Shown here piece after piece: positions 20,054 to 31,061 of a DNA stretch of 64,000 nucleotides. The position numbers were made by a program, and so were the translations under genes. Position 1 is the stretch's first letter, and every line of letters starts with the position of its first letter. Source of the stretch: an uncultured Actinomycetes bacterium (lineage in GTDB: Bacteria > Actinomycetota > Thermoleophilia > UBA2241); contig CAVRZA010000003.1 in the NCBI GenBank assembly GCA_963725665.1, positions 160,001-224,000 on the forward strand, written 5' to 3'. Below the pieces are notes generated by a model. That model was given only the letters and a program-made list of their open reading frames with translations. It was not told where the DNA came from and made no database searches.

Positions 20054-20983
20054 ATGAAGGATCCCCTCGACATGGACGCCCTGGATCAGACGGGTTCCTA
20101 CGACGAGGAAGAAGAGGACGAGGACGAAGAGGAGGAGCGCGAGGACGAGCTCGCGGACGAGGGCTCATTGGCCTCCGCCACCGGCAAGGGCAAGGACGAG
20201 TCCGAGAAGCTCGACCAGTTCCTCCTGCGCCGCTACCACCTCTACGGCGACCGGCAGGCGCGCGACAAGCTGATCACGATGTACCTGCCGCTCGTGCGCT
20301 CGCTGGCGCGGCGCTACTCGTCGCGCGGCGAGCATTTCGACGATCTCGTCCAGGTCGGGTCGATCGGCCTTATCAAGGCCATCGACCGCTTCGACCTGTC
20401 ACGCGGCGTCGAGCTCACCACGTACGCGACGCCGAACATCATCGGCGAGATCAAGCGCTACTTCCGCGACAAGGGCTGGTCGGTGCGTGTGCCGCGCGGC
20501 CTGCAGGAGCTCAACATCCGTCTCAACAAGGTCATCGACCAGCTCGTCATGCAGCTCCAGCGGGCGCCGACCGTCAACGAGATCGCCAAGGCCGCCGGTG
20601 CGACGCCCGAGGAGGTCCTGGAGGCGCTCGAGACGAGCCAGGCGTACAACTCCGTGTCGCTGCAGGCGTCGCCCAACGGCGAGTCCGGCGACGACGAGAC
20701 CGGCCTCATCGACTATATGGGAGCCGACGAGGAGGCCTACGACGCCATGGAGGACCGGACGATGCTCGCGCCGGGCTTCGCCAAGCTCGACAAGCGCGAG
20801 CGCTACATCCTCCACCTGCGCTTCTTCGAGGGTCTCACGCAGTCGCAGATCGCCGCCCGGGTGGGCATCTCGCAGATGCACGTGTCGCGCCTCATCCGGC
20901 GCTCGCTGGAGAAGCTGCGCGAAGAGATCGGCGACATCGCCGAGGCTCACGGCGGCAGCCGGGCCATCGGGGGGGAGAGATAG
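20054..20983 (+). CDS. sigB: SigB/SigF-family RNA polymerase sigma factor
   Basis: DDLVQVGSIGLIKAIDRFD, GEIKRYFRDKGWSVRVPR, TQSQIA..GISQMHVSR. Confidence 0.93.
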   Translation: MKDPLDMDALDQTGSYDEEEEDEDEEEEREDELADEGSLASATGKGKDESEKLDQFLLRRYHLYGDRQARDKLITMYLPLVRSLARRYSSRGEHFDDLVQVGSIGLIKAIDRFDLSRGVELTTYATPNIIGEIKRYFRDKGWSVRVPRGLQELNIRLNKVIDQLVMQLQRAPTVNEIAKAAGATPEEVLEALETSQAYNSVSLQASPNGESGDDETGLIDYMGADEEAYDAMEDRTMLAPGFAKLDKRERYILHLRFFEGLTQSQIAARVGISQMHVSRLIRRSLEKLREEIGDIAEAHGGSRAIGGER

Positions 20984-20984
20984 G

Positions 20985-23612
20985 GTGGACGCGGCGTCTC
21001 TGCGCAAGCGCTTCGTGGAGTTCTTCGTCGAGCGTCAGCACTTGGCCCACGAGCCGGCCAGCCTGATCCCGGCCGGCGACCCCAGTGTGCTCTTCACGAC
21101 CGCCGGCATGCAGCAGTTCAAGCCCTACTACCTCGGCGTCGAGACGCCGCCGGCTCCCCGCATCACGACGGTGCAGCCCTGCTTCCGCACCTCCGACATC
21201 GAGAACGTCGGGCGCACCGCTCGGCACCTCACCTTCTTCGAGATGCTGGGCAACTTCGCCTTCGGCGACTACTTCAAGGAGGAGGCCATCGCCTGGGCGC
21301 TCGAGCTCTCCGACGAGCTTGGCCTCCCTCGCGAGCGCATCTGGGCCAGCGTGTTCGGCGGCGACGAGCAGGTGCCGGCCGACGAGGAGTCGATCGCCAT
21401 CTGGAAGCGCCACGGGTTCCCCGACGAGAAGATCGTCCGGCTGCCCCGTCGTGAGAACTTCTGGGGGCCCGCAGGGGCCACCGGCCCCTGCGGGCCCTGT
21501 TCGGAGCTCTACTACGACAACGGCCCCGAGGTCGGCTGCGGGCGGCCCGACTGTGCCCCAGGCTGTGACTGCGACCGCTTCATCGAGTACTGGAACCTGG
21601 TCTTTACCGAGTACGACATGGACGAGAAGGGCGGCCTCTCGCCCCTGCCCAACAAGAACATCGACACGGGCATGGGCTTGGAGCGCATCTCCGCCGTCAC
21701 GCAGGGCGTCGTCTCGGTCTACGAGACCGACCTCTTCAGGCCACTGATCGAGCTCGGCGAGCAGCTCTCGGGCGTCGCCCACGACTCGTCCGACCAGGCA
21801 CGGCGCGCCCTGCGCACGATGGCCGAGCACGCCCGCGGGGTCGCCTTCCTCGTCATGGACGGCGTGACGCCGGGCAACGAGGGGCGCGACTACGTGCTGC
21901 GCCGCGTCATCCGCCGCGCCGTGCAGCAGGGTGTGGGCATCGGCTTGCACGAGCCCTTCCTGGCCAAGCTGTGCGCACGGGTCGTCGAGATGTACAGCGA
22001 CGCCTACCCCGAGCTGGCCGCGGCGCGGGCGACGATCCTCGAGGTGGCCGGTGACGAGGAGGCGCGCTTCACGCACACCCTCGAGCAGGGCATGGGCATC
22101 CTCGACGAGGCGTTGCGCCGGGCGCGCGATTCTGGTGAGGAGCTTCCCGCCGAGGTCGCCTTCGAGCTGCACGACACCTACGGCTTCCCCTTCGACCTGA
22201 CGCGCGAGATCGCCGAGGACCACGGCATGCACGTCGATGAGGGGCGTTTCGAGCGCTTGATGGACGAGCAGCGCGAGCGCGCCCGCAAGGCGCAGCGCGC
22301 CGGCGAGCGCGCCGGGGTGCAGGCCGAGGTCGGCGCCTTCCAGCGGCGGACGACGGCGCAGCCGACGTCGTTCGTCGGCTACGAGCGTCTCGAGGTGTTC
22401 ACCGTCATCCGCGCGCTGCAGCAGCTCTCCGATGGGCGCTACGCCCTCAAGCTCGAGGAATCGCCCTTCTACGCCGAGGGAGGCGGGCAGGTGGCCGACC
22501 GTGGCTGGGTCCACACCGAGTCGGGCAAGCTCGACGTCGAGGACGTGGTGCGCTTCGACACGGACCAGGTCGTGATCGCTCGCCTGCAGGAGGGCGCGCT
22601 CGGCGAAGGCGAGCGCGCCAAGGCGATGGTCAACGCGGTGCGGCGTCACCAGACGGCCGCCAATCACACGGCCACGCACCTCCTGCACAACGCGCTGCGT
22701 CTCGTGCTGGGGGAGGGCGTCAAGCAGGCGGGCTCGCTCGTCGCGCCCGATCGTCTGCGCTTCGACTACGCCACGCGACAGGCGCCGACAAAGGAGCAGT
22801 TGCGCCAGATCGAGGACCTGGTCAACCGGCGCGTCGTCGAGAACCACCCCGTGCGCCCCTTCGTGACGACGAAGGAGTACGCGGCCGAGATCGGCGCCAT
22901 CGCCTTCTTCGAGGAGAAGTACGGCGAGTACGTGCGTGTGCTCGAGATCGACGACATCAGCCGCGAGCTATGCGGCGGCACCCACGTCTCCTGGACCTCT
23001 GAGATCGGCCTCTGCAAGATCACCGGCAGCTCGTCGGTGGGTGCCAGCACGCGGCGCATCGAGGCCGTCACCTCGGCTAAAGCGATCGAGTACTTCCGCG
23101 GCCTCGAGGGGGAGGTCGCGGCGCTGGCCGACGAGCTGGACGTGCGTCCCGACCGTCTCGTTGCGACCGTGCGCAAGCAGGCGGCGCTGGTCGAGGAGCT
23201 CAAGGAGAAGCTGCGCGCCGCCGAGAGCGGCGCTCTCGTCGACACGGCAGCCGAGCTGATGGATGCGGCCCAGGTCGTATCGGGCACCCCGCTCGTCGCC
23301 TCGTCGCCTCCGGTGGACGACGTCGACGAGCTCCTGGCGATCGCCGATCGAGTGCGCGCGCACCTGCCCGACGCCGCCGTCATCCTGGCCTCGGAGGTCG
23401 ACGGCAAGGTCCCCGTGGTCGTCTCCGTCGGCGACGCAGCCGTCGGGCGCGGCGTGCACGCGCATGAGATCCTCAGGGCCATGCTGCCGGCGATCGAGGG
23501 CAAGGGGGGCGGCAAGCCCAACCTGGCCCGCGGCTCCGGCTCGCGGCCGGAGGGCATCGAGACCGCCGTCGCGGCCGGCGCCGAGGCGGTCCGCCAGGCG
23601 CTCGGCGCCTGA
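20985..23612 (+). CDS. alaS: Alanine--tRNA ligase
   Basis: LFTTAGMQ, HLTFFEMLGNF, IDTGMGLER, LHDTYGFP, NHTATHLLH, ELCGGTH. Confidence 0.97.
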   Translation: MDAASLRKRFVEFFVERQHLAHEPASLIPAGDPSVLFTTAGMQQFKPYYLGVETPPAPRITTVQPCFRTSDIENVGRTARHLTFFEMLGNFAFGDYFKEEAIAWALELSDELGLPRERIWASVFGGDEQVPADEESIAIWKRHGFPDEKIVRLPRRENFWGPAGATGPCGPCSELYYDNGPEVGCGRPDCAPGCDCDRFIEYWNLVFTEYDMDEKGGLSPLPNKNIDTGMGLERISAVTQGVVSVYETDLFRPLIELGEQLSGVAHDSSDQARRALRTMAEHARGVAFLVMDGVTPGNEGRDYVLRRVIRRAVQQGVGIGLHEPFLAKLCARVVEMYSDAYPELAAARATILEVAGDEEARFTHTLEQGMGILDEALRRARDSGEELPAEVAFELHDTYGFPFDLTREIAEDHGMHVDEGRFERLMDEQRERARKAQRAGERAGVQAEVGAFQRRTTAQPTSFVGYERLEVFTVIRALQQLSDGRYALKLEESPFYAEGGGQVADRGWVHTESGKLDVEDVVRFDTDQVVIARLQEGALGEGERAKAMVNAVRRHQTAANHTATHLLHNALRLVLGEGVKQAGSLVAPDRLRFDYATRQAPTKEQLRQIEDLVNRRVVENHPVRPFVTTKEYAAEIGAIAFFEEKYGEYVRVLEIDDISRELCGGTHVSWTSEIGLCKITGSSSVGASTRRIEAVTSAKAIEYFRGLEGEVAALADELDVRPDRLVATVRKQAALVEELKEKLRAAESGALVDTAAELMDAAQVVSGTPLVASSPPVDDVDELLAIADRVRAHLPDAAVILASEVDGKVPVVVSVGDAAVGRGVHAHEILRAMLPAIEGKGGGKPNLARGSGSRPEGIETAVAAGAEAVRQALGA

Positions 23613-23666
23613 AGACGGTCCCGCGCCGCGCTGCTCCCGCGCGTGCTATGCTCCCCGACTGACGTC

Positions 23667-24053
23667 ATGCGGACCCTCGCCCTCGACTTCGGCCCGGCGC
23701 GCACCGGGGTCGCCGTGAGCGACGAGACCGGGACCATCGCCCGGCCGCTCACCGTCGTCGCCGACGCCGAGTCGGCGACCGGGCTGGCGGCCATCGTCGA
23801 GGTCGTCGCCGAGCAAGGGGCTGGGCAGGTGGTCGTCGGCGTCCCGGTGTCGCTCGACGCACGGGAGCGCGAGCAGGCGCGGCGAGCGCGAGCCTTCGCG
23901 CGCCGCCTGGGCGAGCGTCTGACGGTGCCTGTGGCCACGTACGACGAGCGTTTCACGACCAAGGTGGCACGGCGGCGTGGCGGCGCGGGGCCGCTCGACG
24001 CCCGCGCCGCCGCACTCATCCTCGAGGACTACCTCCGTGCGCGATCGACCTGA
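23667..24053 (+). CDS. ruvX: Holliday junction resolvase-like YqgF/RuvX
   Basis: LALDFG..RTGVAVSD, DERFTT, DA.AA.LIL. Confidence 0.9.
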   Translation: MRTLALDFGPARTGVAVSDETGTIARPLTVVADAESATGLAAIVEVVAEQGAGQVVVGVPVSLDAREREQARRARAFARRLGERLTVPVATYDERFTTKVARRRGGAGPLDARAAALILEDYLRARST

Positions 24054-25165
24054 CGGCCGGCCGTCGGACTGGTTCGACGAGCCGGTGGAGCCGGACGCCC
24101 TGCGGCGCGGGCGGCGGCCGCCGCGCGGCCGCCGCCCGCGCCGCAGGGCGCGGGCGGCGATCGTCCTTGCCGTCTTCGCTCCTCGTCCTGCTCGTGCCGG
24201 CGGGGATCTACTTCTTCGTCGTGCGGCCCTATTTCGCCACCGGCACGCCCGGGGACCAGGTCAGCGTGACCGTTCCCAAGGGGGCCACGCTGAGCGACGT
24301 CGCGGCGTTGCTCGAGCAGGCGGGAGTCGTCAAGCATGCGACCGCGTTCCGCATCGAGGCCGAGCGCGCCGGTCACGCCTCAGACCTGAAGCCGGGCACC
24401 TACACCCTGCAGGTGAACGAGCCCTTCGACAGGCTCATAGCCCAGCTCGTGGCCGGAGGGCGTCCCGACACCGTGAGGGTCACCATCCCCGAGGGCTACA
24501 CGGCGCGGCAGACGGGCGAGATCGCCGCCAGCAAGTTGAAGCGCGTGACCAGCCGGGCCTACGAGCGCCTGACGCTGACGCAGCCGCTGTTGTTCACCCT
24601 CGATGGCTATCGGGCAGGGACCCGGCTGGAAGGGTTGCTCTTCCCGGCCACCTACGAGGTCGCGCCTTCGATCGGCGCGCGCGCCTTCGTGCGTCAGCAG
24701 CTGACGGCGTTCAAGCGCGCGCTGGCCGGCATCGACATGACCCGCGCGCGCAAGGCCAACCTGACGTCCTACGACGTGGCCATCATCGGGTCTATGGTCG
24801 AGCGCGAGGCGCGCGTCGCCGGCGAGCGGCGTCTGGTCGCGGCCGTCATCTGGAACCGGCTGCGCCTGGGCATGCCGCTGCAGATCGATGCGACCATCCA
24901 GTACTTGTTGCCCGAGCACAAGGCCAGGCTCTCGTACGCCGACCTGCAGATTCCCTCGCCCTACAACACCTACCTGCACACCGGCTTGCCGCCGACGCCG
25001 ATCGCGAACGCCGGCGCCGCGTCGCTCAAGGCCGCGGCCAACCCCGCCCGCGTCGGCTACCTCTACTACGTGGCGCGCGACGATGGCTCGGGCCGGCACT
25101 ACTTCTCGTCGACCTACGCGCAGTTCCTCCAGGACAAGGCCAAAGCGCAGGCTCAGGGGCAGTAG
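24037..25165 (+). CDS. mltG: Endolytic transglycosylase; one frameshift near 24180
   Basis: VTIPEG, LEG.LFP.TY, SMVERE, NRL..GMPLQIDAT, SPYNTY..GLPP.PI; N-terminus lies in another frame. Confidence 0.88.
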
Positions 25166-25398
25166 GAGCTGTAGGGGAACGAGGCGAGGAGCTGCGGGCG
25201 CACGAGCACAGGAGAAGCCGCGGGGGGAGGAGGAAGACCGGAGCCTCGGGGACGCGATGAGGGAGACGTTCCGGCATCCGCACTCCGCGGTCACCCTCGA
25301 GGATGGTCCTTCAGGGAGGATGCGCCGCACCGGCGGCTAACCTAGACTCGGGTCGGCCGTCCGTCGCCGCCCTTGAGCGTCAATGAAAGGAGCTCGAA

Positions 25399-26286
25399 GT
25401 GCCCATCGGCGGCGCCACGCGGCTTGTCGGCATCATCGGTGATCCCGTCACGCGCTCGCTCTCGCCGGAGATGCACAACGCGGCCTTCGCCGCGCTGGGG
25501 CTCGACTTCGCCTATGTGCCTCTGCCTGTGCCGCCCGACCGCGTCGGTGAGGCCGTCGCCGGTCTGCGCGCGCTCGGCTTTCGCGGCGCCAACGTCACGA
25601 TGCCGCACAAGGCCGCCGTCGTGCCCTTCCTCGACGAGGTGTCGGGCGACGCGCGCCTGATCGACGCCGTCAACACCATCGTCGTCGACGAGGGGCACTT
25701 GGCCGGGTATACGACCGACGGTGATGGTTTCTCGCGCGCGCTGCGCGAGGTCGAGCCGGGCGGCGCCGGCGGCTGGCCGGTGTTGCTTCTGGGCGCCGGC
25801 GGCGCCGCCCGCGCCGTCGCCCTCGCGCTGGCGCGCGAGCGCGTCGGGTCGCTGACCATCGCCGATCGCACACCGGCGGCGGCCGAGCGGCTGGTCGAAC
25901 GGCTGCACTCTCACCTCCACGATGTGGCGCTGCGCGTCGTGCCGCTCGCTCAGCTCGCGGCCGCCGACGTCGACTCCGCGGCTCTCATCGTCAACGCGAC
26001 GCCGCTCGACATGGCCGAGAGCCTCAAGCTCCCCTCGGTCGTGGTCGATACCTTACGGCGTGGTCATGTCGTTTTCGACTTGGTCTACGGGAAACGGCCG
26101 ACGAACCTTCTCAACGAGGCCCGCGTGCGCGGGGCTCGGACGGTCGACGGTCTGTCCATGCTCGTGTGGCAGGCCGCAGGATCGTTTGAACTGTGGACGG
26201 GACGTCCGGCCCCACTGGATGTGATGCGCAGTGCCGCGAGGGCGCGACGAGGGACAGCACAAGAGGAGTCGCCGCAAGGCCGATGA
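25399..26286 (+). CDS. aroE: Shikimate dehydrogenase
   Basis: SLSP.MHN, GANVTMPHK, AVNT, GAGGAARA, NATP, DG..ML..QA. Confidence 0.93.
   Translation: MPIGGATRLVGIIGDPVTRSLSPEMHNAAFAALGLDFAYVPLPVPPDRVGEAVAGLRALGFRGANVTMPHKAAVVPFLDEVSGDARLIDAVNTIVVDEGHLAGYTTDGDGFSRALREVEPGGAGGWPVLLLGAGGAARAVALALARERVGSLTIADRTPAAAERLVERLHSHLHDVALRVVPLAQLAAADVDSAALIVNATPLDMAESLKLPSVVVDTLRRGHVVFDLVYGKRPTNLLNEARVRGARTVDGLSMLVWQAAGSFELWTGRPAPLDVMRSAARARRGTAQEESPQGR
26024..26051 (+). promoter_or_regulatory. Sigma28/WhiG-type promoter inside aroE, upstream of pilB
   Basis: TCAAG-N15-GTCGATAC. Confidence 0.5.
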
Positions 26287-28564
26287 CACGCGCGTCGACG
26301 AGACTCTGGGGTTCCTCGACGACGTCTCCGAAGTCCAGGTCAGGCCGCTCGACGACGACGCCGACGTTCAGGTCGAGCCGCTCGACGACGACGCCGACGT
26401 TCAGGTCAAGCCGCTCGACGTCGACGCCGACGTCCAGATCAGGCCGCTCGACGACGACGGCCTCGACGACGTCGCCCTCGACGAAGCGGACGATGCCGAG
26501 GTCGGCCTCGACGACCTCGGCGTAGGCCTCCTCGCCGACGCCGACACCCTGCGCCGCCTGTCGCTCGACGACTACGCGTCCGTCGAGATCGCTGTCCAGC
26601 CTGAGAGCGACGCCGTCGTCGAGCCCTCGACGGACGGCGGGGTCGCCATCGACGTCGACGATGTTCTCGGCGAGACGATCGGTCCTGCCGGCGACGACGA
26701 CGGCTTCACTGGCGACCAAGCCGCCGCCGGCGGCCGGCAAGGCGCCGGCGGGCCTGAGCTCGAAACGGCTCCCGGCAACGGCAAGGCTGACGAGGAGATC
26801 GAGCACCTGCTCGACAACCTCGCGCCGGCGCGAGCCGAGCGGCGCTTCGCCCACGCTGCCGACGCCGCCGCGCTGCGCCCCATCCAGGCGAGCAAGAAAC
26901 GGCTGGGCGAGATCACCATCGACATGGGCCTCGCGACGGCGCAGCAGATCGACGAGGCGATCGGGCGCCAAAAAGACACGCGCAAACGGCTCGGTCAGCT
27001 CCTTCTCGAGGCCGGCGTCATCAACGAGCTCGAGCTGACCAAGGCGCTGGCCGTCAAGCTCGGGGTCGAGTACATCGACCTCTCCGAGACGACGGTCGAC
27101 ATGGCCGCCGCCAACCTCATCCCCGACAAGCTGTGTCGCAAGTACTCCGCCATCCCCGTGCGGTTCATCGACGACAGCGTGCTCGAGGTGGCGATGGTCG
27201 ACCCGGCCAACATCTTCGCGCTCGACGACCTCAAGATCATGACCGGCTTCGACATCAGGCCGGCGATCGCCAGCACCGAGGACGTGTTTGCGGCCATCGC
27301 CAAGCTCAACCGTCTCGACGGCACCGTCACCGAGAGCGACGAAGAGAGACTGGTGGGGCTCGACGACGAGCTCGCCGACATCCGCGAGGCGACCGAAGAG
27401 GCGCCCATCATCAAGCTGGTCAACTCGGTGATCGCGCAGGCGGTCGACGACAGCGCCAGCGACATCCACTTCGAGCCGCAGGCGAAGGAGCTCATCGTGC
27501 GCTTCCGCATGGACGGCGTGCTGCACGAGATCATGTCGATCCCGCGGCGCATGCAGTCGGGCGTCCTCTCCCGTCTGAAGATCATGGCCGAGCTCGACAT
27601 CGCCGAACGTCGCGTGCCGCAGGACGGACGCATCGGACTCGTCGTGGGGGGCAAGCCGATCGACATGCGCGTCGCCACGCTGCCCACCGTCTACGGTGAG
27701 AAGGTCGTTATGCGGCTCCTCGACAAGTCGAACGTGATGCTCGACCTCAAGGACCTGGGGTTCGCCGAGAAGGCGCTCAAGCGCTACCATCGCTCGTTCA
27801 CCAAGCCGTACGGCGCCATCCTGGTCACCGGTCCGACCGGCTCGGGCAAGTCGACGACCCTGTACGCGACGCTCAACATCCTCAACTGTCCCGAGAAGAA
27901 CGTGATCACGGTCGAGGACCCGGTGGAGTACCGGTTGGCCGGCATCAACCAGGTGCAGGTGAACCTGAAGGCCGGCATGACCTTCGCGGCGGCGTTGCGC
28001 TCGATCCTGCGTTGCGACCCTGACATCGTGATGATCGGCGAGATACGCGACCGCGAGACGGCGCTGATCGCCGTCGAGTCGGCGCTCACCGGCCACCTCG
28101 TCCTGAGTACCCTGCACACAAACGACGCGCCAGGCGCACTCTCACGCCTCACCGAGATGGGCATCGAACCGTTCCTTACCTCGTCGGCCGTGGACTGCGT
28201 CCTTGCCCAGCGCCTGGCGCGTCGCTTGTGCTGGCAGTGCAGGGAGCCCTACGAACCGACGCGGGAGATGCTCAAGAAGAACGATTTCCCGCCCGAGGTG
28301 GTCGACAGGGACGAGCTGCCGACGCTCTACCGCGCCAAGGGCTGCGCCCGCTGCAACAACTCCGGGTACAAGGGGCGTCTCGGTCTCTACGAGGTGATGA
28401 TCGTCAGCGAGGCGATACGAAGGCTAACGGTCGAGCGCAAGAGTGCCGATGAAATAGGACGTGTCGCCGCGGCGGAGGGCATGAAGAGCCTTCGCGAAGA
28501 CGGCATCGACAAAGTGCTGCAGGGGCTGACTTCGATCGAAGAGATCGCCCGAGTGATCGTGTAG
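26231..28564 (+). CDS. pilB: Type IV pilus extension ATPase with acidic N-terminal extension and MshEN motif
   Basis: RLGxx..G tandem motif, ASDIHFEP, DIAERRVPQDG, GPTGSGKST, CxxC..CxxC. Confidence 0.93.
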   Translation: MPRGRDEGQHKRSRRKADDTRVDETLGFLDDVSEVQVRPLDDDADVQVEPLDDDADVQVKPLDVDADVQIRPLDDDGLDDVALDEADDAEVGLDDLGVGLLADADTLRRLSLDDYASVEIAVQPESDAVVEPSTDGGVAIDVDDVLGETIGPAGDDDGFTGDQAAAGGRQGAGGPELETAPGNGKADEEIEHLLDNLAPARAERRFAHAADAAALRPIQASKKRLGEITIDMGLATAQQIDEAIGRQKDTRKRLGQLLLEAGVINELELTKALAVKLGVEYIDLSETTVDMAAANLIPDKLCRKYSAIPVRFIDDSVLEVAMVDPANIFALDDLKIMTGFDIRPAIASTEDVFAAIAKLNRLDGTVTESDEERLVGLDDELADIREATEEAPIIKLVNSVIAQAVDDSASDIHFEPQAKELIVRFRMDGVLHEIMSIPRRMQSGVLSRLKIMAELDIAERRVPQDGRIGLVVGGKPIDMRVATLPTVYGEKVVMRLLDKSNVMLDLKDLGFAEKALKRYHRSFTKPYGAILVTGPTGSGKSTTLYATLNILNCPEKNVITVEDPVEYRLAGINQVQVNLKAGMTFAAALRSILRCDPDIVMIGEIRDRETALIAVESALTGHLVLSTLHTNDAPGALSRLTEMGIEPFLTSSAVDCVLAQRLARRLCWQCREPYEPTREMLKKNDFPPEVVDRDELPTLYRAKGCARCNNSGYKGRLGLYEVMIVSEAIRRLTVERKSADEIGRVAAAEGMKSLREDGIDKVLQGLTSIEEIARVIV
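26333..26464 (+). repeat. Four 33-bp tandem repeats encoding VQ(V/I)xPLDxDxx
   Basis: gtccaggtcaggccgctcgacgacgacgccgac plus three variants. Confidence 0.9.
28425..28452 (+). promoter_or_regulatory. Sigma28/WhiG-type promoter inside the pilB 3' end, upstream of pilT
   Basis: TAACG-N15-GCCGATGA coinciding with a burst of rare codons (ATA CGA AGG CTA..AGT..ATA GGA). Confidence 0.5.
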
Positions 28565-28585
28565 CGGAGCCTGGCGGAGGACGAT

Positions 28586-29653
28586 ATGGACCTGGTCGAC
28601 ATCCTGTTGGAAGTGCTCGAACGAGACGCGAGCGACTTGCATCTCACGGTCGGTTCGCCGCCGATCATTCGCATCAACGCGCAGCTCGAGCGGCTCGACT
28701 ACCCTCGTCTCAGCTCCAACGATACCCGCGAACTGATCTACAGCATCCTCTCGCAGGACCAGCGGCAACGGCTCGAGAACGAGTGGGAGATCGACTTCTC
28801 CTACTCGGTGCCCAGCAGGGCACGCTTCAGAGTCAACGCCTACTTCCAGCGCAACAGCCTGGGAGCCGCCTTCCGTCTCATCCCGATCTCGATCAAGAAG
28901 CTGGAAGAGCTCGGTCTGCCCAAGGCGCTCCACCAGCTCACCTCCAAACCGCGCGGGTTCGTCATCGTCACCGGTCCCACCGGCTCGGGCAAGTCGACCA
29001 CACTGGCGGCGATGATCGATGAGATCAACGAGACGCGCGAAGAGCACATCATGACGATCGAAGACCCCATCGAGTTCCTCCACCGCCACAAGAAGTGCAT
29101 GGTCAACCAACGTGAGGTGGGCGCCGACACGAAGTCGTTCAACCGCGCCCTCAAGTCGGTGCTGCGCCAGGACCCCGACATCATCCTCGTGGGCGAGATG
29201 CGCGACACCGAGACGATGGCCACCGCGCTGACGGCGGCCGAGACGGGCCACCTCGTGTTCGCGACGCTGCACACCCAGGACGCGCCGCAGACCATAGACC
29301 GCATCATCGACGTGTTCCCGCCCTACCAGCAGGACCAGATCCGCGTGCAGCTCTCGACGACGCTCATGGGCGTCTGCACGCAGCAGCTCCTGCAAACGAG
29401 GGATGGGCGCAACCGCATCGTCGCCTGTGAGCTGCTGATCCCGACGCCGGCGGTGCGCAACCTCATCCGCGAGGGCAAGACGCACCAGATCTACTCGGTC
29501 ATGCAGACCGGCACCCAGCATGGGATGGTCACGATGGACGCGGCGCTGGCCGACCTCGTGCGCCGTGGGATGATCTCGCGCGAGCTCGCCGAGCGCCGCT
29601 CGAGCACGCCCGAAGACCTGCGTCGCCTCATGGGTACGGTCAGCGCGGTCTAG
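28586..29653 (+). CDS. pilT: Type IV pilus retraction ATPase
   Basis: ASDLHL, GPTGSGKSTT, TIEDPIE, LRQDPD, AETGHLV, AVRNLIRE. Confidence 0.96.
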   Translation: MDLVDILLEVLERDASDLHLTVGSPPIIRINAQLERLDYPRLSSNDTRELIYSILSQDQRQRLENEWEIDFSYSVPSRARFRVNAYFQRNSLGAAFRLIPISIKKLEELGLPKALHQLTSKPRGFVIVTGPTGSGKSTTLAAMIDEINETREEHIMTIEDPIEFLHRHKKCMVNQREVGADTKSFNRALKSVLRQDPDIILVGEMRDTETMATALTAAETGHLVFATLHTQDAPQTIDRIIDVFPPYQQDQIRVQLSTTLMGVCTQQLLQTRDGRNRIVACELLIPTPAVRNLIREGKTHQIYSVMQTGTQHGMVTMDAALADLVRRGMISRELAERRSSTPEDLRRLMGTVSAV

Positions 29654-29678
29654 GTGTGACCGCGACGGCTGCGTCACG

Positions 29679-29705
29679 TAAAGGAATCCCCGGCCATGCC
29701 GACTA
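29679..29705 (+). promoter_or_regulatory. Sigma28/WhiG-type promoter for pilC and the sigma gene
   Basis: TAAAG-N14-GCCGACTA, intergenic. Confidence 0.75.
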
Positions 29706-29774
29706 TAGTCGCGAGGATGCCCCGTTCGCGGTGGCACCGGGAGTTGTATCGACCCTCGACCCTGCGGAGGTCCC

Positions 29775-30992
<1,218 letters not shown>

Positions 30993-31061
30993 TGGCTTCA
31001 CGCGGCCGGGCCACCGAACGGGATCAGGGCGCGTCGCTTCGTCGGAGTCGCGGAGGTCCGG

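Noticed and set aside
25257-25340. 27-aa ORF between mltG and aroE as a leader peptide
   Set aside because: No aromatic-codon run or attenuator structure seen
26259-26286. ACAAG-N15-GCCGATGA as a pilB promoter
   Set aside because: It lies downstream of the predicted pilB start; the 26024 site fits better, so it was not counted
26333-26464. 33-bp repeats considered as a CRISPR array
   Set aside because: No spacers, in-frame coding tandem repeat, and no cas genes in the window
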